A stretch of 54,828 bases of DNA from the IMG/VR virus record IMGVR_UViG_3300020685_000002. The stretch is one strand, 5' to 3'. How positions within the stretch are numbered: the stretch's first letter is position 1; every line of letters begins with the position of its first letter. Of this stretch, positions 49,038-54,828 are shown piece after piece. Origin of the DNA: a virus (Duplodnaviria > Heunggongvirae > Uroviricota > Caudoviricetes). Both the position numbers and the translations under genes were made by a program. The notes under the pieces were generated by a model that worked only from the letters and a program-made list of their open reading frames with translations, ran no database searches and was not told the origin of the DNA.

Positions 49038-50036
49038 GTGTATCCACCAACTAATGCTCCAGTATTAAATACAAGATTACAAGCTATCAGAAAAACAACG
49101 GTAGCATTCGCATCACTTTTTAAGAATATCCCATTTATACAATACAATAATGATGGTTCAATAAAAGAAGAAATAATCGTACCTATTGTTTATGGTGATA
49201 AAGAAAAATATGTAAAAAGATTAGAAGCTACTTCTAATCAAAATATATCAAATGAAAAAGTCCAAATAACACTACCAAGAATTGAATATGGACTGATTAA
49301 TATGTTGTATGATCCAGCGCGGAGAACAAATCAAGCAAATAAAATTGTTGGATGTAATTCTAATGGTTCAATATATGTAAACTCTCCGATGCCATATAAT
49401 TTTAATTTTGAAATTGTTATCTATACAAGAAATATTGAAGATGCTAATCAAATAATGGAATATATTCTTCCATATTTTTGTCCTGATTATAATATAAAAA
49501 TAAATATGGTTCCAGAGGCTGGAATTATAAAAAATATTCCAATCACATATATGGGCGATTCTGAAGATGAAGATTCTTCAGGAACATTTGATAGTTCTGT
49601 TCGGTCTGTATTCAGAACTCTTTCTTTTGTTGCAAGAAGTTATATCTACCAACCTCCAAAATATTATAAACCGATTCTTTTTACAGATACAAATATTAAT
49701 ATAATACAATCTACAAACAATATAAATGTTGTTTCTGGTAATGGAACGTTTTATGTTGGAGATACAGTATTTCAAGGAGATTCTTTTGATAGAGCAACAG
49801 CTAAAGCTACTGTAGATTATTGGGATCCAAACACAAAAACATTAAGAATATCTCCAGTTTCTGGATCATTTACTCCAAATACAGTAATACAAAATCTAGA
49901 AAAAACAGCTAAATATATCACTGCGAATGTAAACGGTTCTATTGCTTACAACACAAAAATTACCCCTGTGCCAAACACATATCCAATAGTTGGTCCATAT
50001 GATTATAATATTATTACAACTGACTATACAAAATAA
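49038..50036 (+). CDS. 15: Tail sheath stabiliser/terminator gp15
   Basis: VP..YG.KEK, LPR, YD..R and QI.E.ILPYF.P motifs. Confidence 0.92.
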   Translation: MYPPTNAPVLNTRLQAIRKTTVAFASLFKNIPFIQYNNDGSIKEEIIVPIVYGDKEKYVKRLEATSNQNISNEKVQITLPRIEYGLINMLYDPARRTNQANKIVGCNSNGSIYVNSPMPYNFNFEIVIYTRNIEDANQIMEYILPYFCPDYNIKINMVPEAGIIKNIPITYMGDSEDEDSSGTFDSSVRSVFRTLSFVARSYIYQPPKYYKPILFTDTNINIIQSTNNINVVSGNGTFYVGDTVFQGDSFDRATAKATVDYWDPNTKTLRISPVSGSFTPNTVIQNLEKTAKYITANVNGSIAYNTKITPVPNTYPIVGPYDYNIITTDYTK

Positions 50037-50039
50037 ATT

Positions 50040-50486
50040 ATGACAACACAATTTAATAAAAAAATGGAGAAATTATTTGATGTTCCTTCATCTGTTTTAT
50101 ATGATGATTCAGAACTCCAAGAATATCTTCCAGCTGACTCAGACCAAGAATTAACAGCCCTTTTGGATCATGATCTTAAACAGGATTACGAAAAAACTAG
50201 AAATAAACTTGATTCCTTAATAGAAAAAGGAACTGATGCTATTGATAGCATGCTTTCTATTGCTAGAGAATCAGAAAAAGCGAGAGATTTTGAAGTTGCT
50301 GGTAATATGATCAAAACCATTGTTGATGCTTCGAAAGATTTATTGGAAGTACAAAAGAAAATGAGAGAAATGACAGGAAAAAAAGATTCAGGAACTACTA
50401 ATATTAAAAATGCAGTTTTTGTTGGGAGTACAACAGAACTTCTGAAGGCGATGAAAGATATTAAAAACGGAAATATAAGTGAGTGA
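50040..50486 (+). CDS. 16: Terminase small subunit gp16
   Basis: DYE..R..L, R.FEV and N.VFVGST.EL motifs. Confidence 0.92.
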   Translation: MTTQFNKKMEKLFDVPSSVLYDDSELQEYLPADSDQELTALLDHDLKQDYEKTRNKLDSLIEKGTDAIDSMLSIARESEKARDFEVAGNMIKTIVDASKDLLEVQKKMREMTGKKDSGTTNIKNAVFVGSTTELLKAMKDIKNGNISE

Positions 50487-52158
50487 AAAAGAATATTATA
50501 GAGACAATTTACTCTTAAAACGTCCAGGTGTTCAATATGAATTTGAACAATGGCAATTAGAAGAAATAGAAAAATGTGCTTCTGATCCAATATACTTCAT
50601 TAGAAATTATGTAAAAATCATATCTCTAGATGAAGGCATTATATATTTTAATATGCACAAATATCAAGAAGAGATGGTTAATGCATTCCACAATAATCGA
50701 TTCTCAATAGTTCGTATTGGTAGACAGTCAGGAAAAACAACAACATCTGTAGCATATTTACTCTGGTTATCTATTTTTACCGAAAGATATAGTATTGCAA
50801 TAACAGCAAATAAAAAAGCTTTAGCTGTAGATATTTTATCTAGATATCAATTAGCATACGAAAATCTTCCAATGTGGTTACAACAGGGTGTTGTTATTTG
50901 GAATAAAGGGTCTGTTGAATTAGAAAATGGATCAAAACTTTTAGCAGCATCTACAGCTGCAAGTTCTATTCGTGGTGGATCGTTCAATCTTGTAATGATG
51001 GACGAATTTGCTCACGTCCACAATAACTTAGCCGAAGAATTTTTTACTTCTACATATCCTGTAATTTCTTCTGGAACATCTACTAAAATTATTATAGTTT
51101 CTACTCCAAGAGGCATGAATCTATATTATAGAATGTGGATGGATGCAATAAACGGAAAAAGCGATTATTTCCCTGTAGATATTCATTGGTCAAGAGTCCC
51201 TGGAAGAGATGAAGCATGGCGCGAAAAGACCATTCGTAATACTTCAGAAAGGCAATTTGCACAAGAATTCGGCTGCGAATTCCATGGATCAACAAATACA
51301 TTAATTGATGGAGGAAAACTTCAGATATTAATTGCAAAAGAACCATTGGAACTTGACGAAAAAGATGCTTTCGGAATGGAAATTTACGAAAAGCCAATAA
51401 GAGAATATTATGATGATGAAACACAAAAGATGGTTGATAAAGATCATATCTATGTTCTTTGTGCTGATGTTTCTGAAGGAAAAAATTTAGATTATACAAC
51501 ATTTTCTGTTTTTGATGTTTCAACAATTCCATATAAACAGGTTGCAACATATAGAAATAATCAAATTTCTCCTATGCTATTTCCTGATATATTAAGGTTA
51601 TGTGCTGAATATTATAATAATGCTCATGTATTAATAGAAATAAATAATAACCCTCAAGTTGCAGATATTCTATATCAGGACCTAGAATATGAAAATGTGT
51701 TCAAAATATATTCTGGAAATAAACAAGCACAACAATTATCTGAGAGTGGAAAGGCAACTCAAAATGGCTTAAATATGAGCCCATTAGTGAAACGAACTGG
51801 ATGTTCTGCACTAAAAACTATAATTGAAACAAATAAACTTGAAATTTATTCTTCAGAAACAATATATGAATTAACTAGATTTATTGCTACAAATAATTCA
51901 TTTGCTGCTGAAGAAGGAGCTCATGACGATTTAGCTATGACGTTAGTTATGTTTGCTTGGGTGACAACTCAAAAATTATTCATAGAATTGTCTTCTACAG
52001 ATATAAGAAAAAGGTTACAAATTGAACATAATTATGCAAAAGAAGAAGATTCCGAAATACCACCAATGCCTATGTTTTCTGACGATTTAAGAGATAGGTT
52101 CATTTTAGAAGCTGGAGATCTTTGGCAAGTTGTAGAAGAAGAACAATTTTATTATTAA
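50479..52158 (+). CDS. 17: Terminase large subunit gp17
   Basis: RQSGKTT, DEFA, STP.G.N, QEF.C.F, DVSEG...DY and HDDL.M motifs. Confidence 0.97.
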   Translation: MSEKEYYRDNLLLKRPGVQYEFEQWQLEEIEKCASDPIYFIRNYVKIISLDEGIIYFNMHKYQEEMVNAFHNNRFSIVRIGRQSGKTTTSVAYLLWLSIFTERYSIAITANKKALAVDILSRYQLAYENLPMWLQQGVVIWNKGSVELENGSKLLAASTAASSIRGGSFNLVMMDEFAHVHNNLAEEFFTSTYPVISSGTSTKIIIVSTPRGMNLYYRMWMDAINGKSDYFPVDIHWSRVPGRDEAWREKTIRNTSERQFAQEFGCEFHGSTNTLIDGGKLQILIAKEPLELDEKDAFGMEIYEKPIREYYDDETQKMVDKDHIYVLCADVSEGKNLDYTTFSVFDVSTIPYKQVATYRNNQISPMLFPDILRLCAEYYNNAHVLIEINNNPQVADILYQDLEYENVFKIYSGNKQAQQLSESGKATQNGLNMSPLVKRTGCSALKTIIETNKLEIYSSETIYELTRFIATNNSFAAEEGAHDDLAMTLVMFAWVTTQKLFIELSSTDIRKRLQIEHNYAKEEDSEIPPMPMFSDDLRDRFILEAGDLWQVVEEEQFYY

Positions 52159-52179
52159 GGTTACCAAAACGTTAGATAT

Positions 52180-52187
52180 TATAAATA
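52180..52187 (+). promoter_or_regulatory. Late promoter for gp18
   Basis: TATAAATA upstream of AAGGAG RBS. Confidence 0.8.
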
Positions 52188-52223
52188 CTATTAAAAATAT
52201 TATCTTTCAACAAGGAGTAAATT

Positions 52224-54119
52224 ATGGCATTTCAAGTCAGTCCAAGTGTTACATTATCAGAATATGATAACACTAATTCTATACCAGTTTCAGGTTCTTC
52301 AGTAGGCGCTTTTGCTGGAGATTTCTCTTGGGGTCCAGGAAACAAAAGAATATCTATAGGTTCAGCGAATGAATTGGTATCAACATACACTCAACCAACC
52401 AACAATAACTACGCTTCATTCTTTTCAGCTTCAAATTTTTTAGCATATACAAACAATTTAATTGTAGTAAGAACAGTTTCTTCAAATTCATATAATGCAA
52501 CAGCTAATGCTTCTGCAACATTTAGTATTCCAAACAAACAAAATTGGGAATTAGCTTATTCTACAAACCAATCAAATTTAAATGTTATTGGACCATTCGC
52601 AGCAAGATATCCAGGAGCATTAGGGAACTCTTTAACTGTTTCAGTTTGTTCTAGCAATACTGCATTTAAAAGCCCTGCATTTACAGCAAATACAGTTGCA
52701 AACTCTACTTCTGTTTTGATAACTGGATTTACTACAGCATTTGCTGCTTCATATCCGTATTTTAGTTCTAATGATATTATTACATTAAATGGAACTTCAT
52801 ATACAATTGCATCAATTTCAGGTAATACAGTTACTACAACAACTCAACAACCAACAACTGCAACTAATGTTACAGCAAAACTTTCTTGGAAATATGCTTC
52901 ATCATTCTCAGCTGCTCCTGGAACTTCAGTTTATGGCGCTTCTCAAGGTGCTTCTGGAGATGAAATTTCTATTGCTGTTATTGATACAAATGGTGCATTT
53001 ACTGGTGTTAAAGGTTATGTGTTAGAAACATTTGATCGTGTATCAAAAGCTACTGATTCAATTACAGATGATGGTTCAAATAACTATTATAATTCAGCTA
53101 TCTTTGACAAATCAAAGTATATATTTAAAGCTGGAACAGTTCCTGGAGCAACAAATTGGGACCAAACTTCATTAAATACTGTATTTAACGGTGCAAATAA
53201 TTATACAGTACAACTTAGCGGTGGGACTGATGTTCTATCTTCTGATTCTGATAGAATTAATGGATATCAATTGTTTGCAAACCCCGAAGAAGTAACAGTT
53301 GACTTTTTAATCGCTGGCGAATCAAGCGCTACTGTTTCAGGTGCAATATTAACTATAGCTAATCAAAGAAAAGATTGTGTTGCATTCATCTCTCCATTAA
53401 GACAAGATGCTGTAACTTCTGTAAATATTGATAATATTATTGCGTACAGAAACAGTTTAAGTCCATCTACTTCTTACTCAGTTATGGATTCAGGGTACAA
53501 ATATCAATACGACAAATACAATAATGTGTATAGATATGTTCCATTAAATGCTGATATTGCTGGTTTATGTGCAAGAACTGATAAAACAAATGCTCCATGG
53601 TATTCTCCTGCTGGATATAATCGTGGTCAAATATTAAATGCTATTAGATTGTCATATAATCCAACTCAAACAAACAGAGACGATTTATATCAAGCTGGTA
53701 TTAATCCTGTATGTTCATTCCCAGGACAAGGTGTTGTTTTATTTGGCGATAAAACTATGCAAGCAAAAGCTTCTGCGTTTGATCGCATAAACGTTCGTAG
53801 ATTGTTTATTACTCTTGAAAGAGCAATTGCTGATGCTGCTAAATATTCATTGTTTGAATTTAATGACACATTCACACAATCAGCATTTATCTCGTTAGTT
53901 GATCCTTATCTTCGTTCAGTAAAATCTGGAAAAGGAATCTACGCTTACAAAGTTGTTTGTGATTCGTCTAATAACCCACCATCTGTTGTTGATCAAAATG
54001 GTTTCGTTGGCGATATTTTTATCCAACCAGCTAAATCTATTAACTTTATACAATTAAACTTTACTGCAGTAAATAGTGGTGTTAGTTTTACTGAAGTTGC
54101 AGGAACTTCAGTCGGTTAA
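52224..54119 (+). CDS. 18: Tail sheath protein gp18
   Basis: SP.V...E.D, W.SPAG.NRG, FDRINVRRLF and FEFND motifs. Confidence 0.97.
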   Translation: MAFQVSPSVTLSEYDNTNSIPVSGSSVGAFAGDFSWGPGNKRISIGSANELVSTYTQPTNNNYASFFSASNFLAYTNNLIVVRTVSSNSYNATANASATFSIPNKQNWELAYSTNQSNLNVIGPFAARYPGALGNSLTVSVCSSNTAFKSPAFTANTVANSTSVLITGFTTAFAASYPYFSSNDIITLNGTSYTIASISGNTVTTTTQQPTTATNVTAKLSWKYASSFSAAPGTSVYGASQGASGDEISIAVIDTNGAFTGVKGYVLETFDRVSKATDSITDDGSNNYYNSAIFDKSKYIFKAGTVPGATNWDQTSLNTVFNGANNYTVQLSGGTDVLSSDSDRINGYQLFANPEEVTVDFLIAGESSATVSGAILTIANQRKDCVAFISPLRQDAVTSVNIDNIIAYRNSLSPSTSYSVMDSGYKYQYDKYNNVYRYVPLNADIAGLCARTDKTNAPWYSPAGYNRGQILNAIRLSYNPTQTNRDDLYQAGINPVCSFPGQGVVLFGDKTMQAKASAFDRINVRRLFITLERAIADAAKYSLFEFNDTFTQSAFISLVDPYLRSVKSGKGIYAYKVVCDSSNNPPSVVDQNGFVGDIFIQPAKSINFIQLNFTAVNSGVSFTEVAGTSVG

Positions 54120-54144
54120 TTTTTGTTAATAAATAAATAAAAGG

Positions 54145-54164
54145 GAGCAGCTTTCGGGCTGCTC
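54145..54164 (+). other. UUCG-tetraloop hairpin between genes 18 and 19
   Basis: GAGCAGCT-TTCG-GGCTGCTC, preceded by overlapping AATAAATA copies. Confidence 0.7.
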
Positions 54165-54197
54165 TAAACAAAAGATCTTATAAAGAGGAATAAACAA

Positions 54198-54776
54198 ATG
54201 GCGTTTAATGTAGATCAATTTAGAATGGCAATGGCATTGGATGGTGCAAGACCAAACTTGTTCCAAGTAACATTATCATTTCCAAGCCTTGTCGCTTATG
54301 GTGACACAAGAGAATTATCTTTTATGGCAAATTCAACAACATTACCATCATCTATTGTTGGTGTAGCAAGACAAAGTTATTTTGGTAGAGAAGTAAAATT
54401 TCCTGGAAATAGAGTATTTCAGGATTGGTCAATTAATGTAATTAATGATGAAACATTTAATATCAGAAATGCATTTGAACAATGGTTGAATATAATAAAC
54501 AATAATAGTGGAAATGTGAGAGATTCAGCTGCAGTGTATAGTAATGGGTATTCTGTTGATGCTCAAGTAACACAATTCAGTAAAGATGGTCAACCATTAA
54601 AACAATATAATTTTGTTGGTTTATTTCCTACCCAAGTTGATCCTATCAATTTAAGTTGGGGAAATAATGATACTATTGAAGAATTTGGCGTTACATTCTC
54701 GTATCAATATTGGGAGTCTACAAGAGATGCTGCAACACAGCCTTCTCCTAATGCAGCTTCTGCAGCTTTCCTATAA
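54198..54776 (+). CDS. 19: Tail tube protein gp19
   Basis: GARPNLF.V, GR..K.PG.R.F.DW, FPT....I.LSW and IEEF.VTF.YQYW motifs. Confidence 0.97.
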   Translation: MAFNVDQFRMAMALDGARPNLFQVTLSFPSLVAYGDTRELSFMANSTTLPSSIVGVARQSYFGREVKFPGNRVFQDWSINVINDETFNIRNAFEQWLNIINNNSGNVRDSAAVYSNGYSVDAQVTQFSKDGQPLKQYNFVGLFPTQVDPINLSWGNNDTIEEFGVTFSYQYWESTRDAATQPSPNAASAAFL

Positions 54777-54797
54777 TATTTTTTGAGTTTTTAGATT

Positions 54798-54828
54798 ATG
54801 GCAAAAATATCATTATTCGGATTTAAAC
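54798..54828 (+). CDS. 20: Start of portal protein gp20 (partial)
   Basis: MAKISLFGFK after gene 19; the LFGF N-terminus is typical of gp20. Confidence 0.75.
   Translation, partial: MAKISLFGFK

Noticed and set aside
50479..52158. Intein or intron in terminase
   Set aside because: Normal length with contiguous motifs.
432..53875. Numerous antisense or nested ORFs in the track (e.g. 1679-2164, 15802-16215, 40296-40703, 50186-50590, 51101-51550)
   Set aside because: Shadows of real genes, with no RBS and no recognisable motifs.

Overview
This is an AT-rich 54.8-kb segment of a T4-like myophage genome, with gene order resembling environmental T4-like phages. The left part (1-14.8 kb) holds a broken cytidylyltransferase-like gene at the edge, two probable virion proteins, a holin-like/lipoprotein pair, RNase H, type II topoisomerase (gp52 and fused gp39/60), PhoH, an exonuclease, a SleB-like hydrolase, gp33, gp59 and gp32, mostly under sigma70-type promoters. 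The right part is the late structural module: a tape-measure-like GH73 protein, gp51/gp26, a tube-like protein, gp2, gp4, gp48, gp53, hub, gp5, gp25, gp6/7/8, a split VrlC/DUF4815-like protein, a duplicated tail-fibre cluster, gp13-19 and the start of gp20, with TATAAATA late promoters. Four observations stand out. (1) A promoter-driven, ~420-nt structured non-coding element on the minus strand (9395-9815) is followed by a cluster of GCGAAGC mini-hairpins. (2) A probable -1 programmed frameshift joins gp26 to the gp51-like ORF in a lambda G/GT-like position. (3) A Pro/Gly-linked IICT domain interrupts and splits the large baseplate protein mid-domain. (4) A 2.5-kb tail-fibre cassette is flanked by direct repeats. 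All family calls come from motif recognition and synteny by eye; no database search was run.
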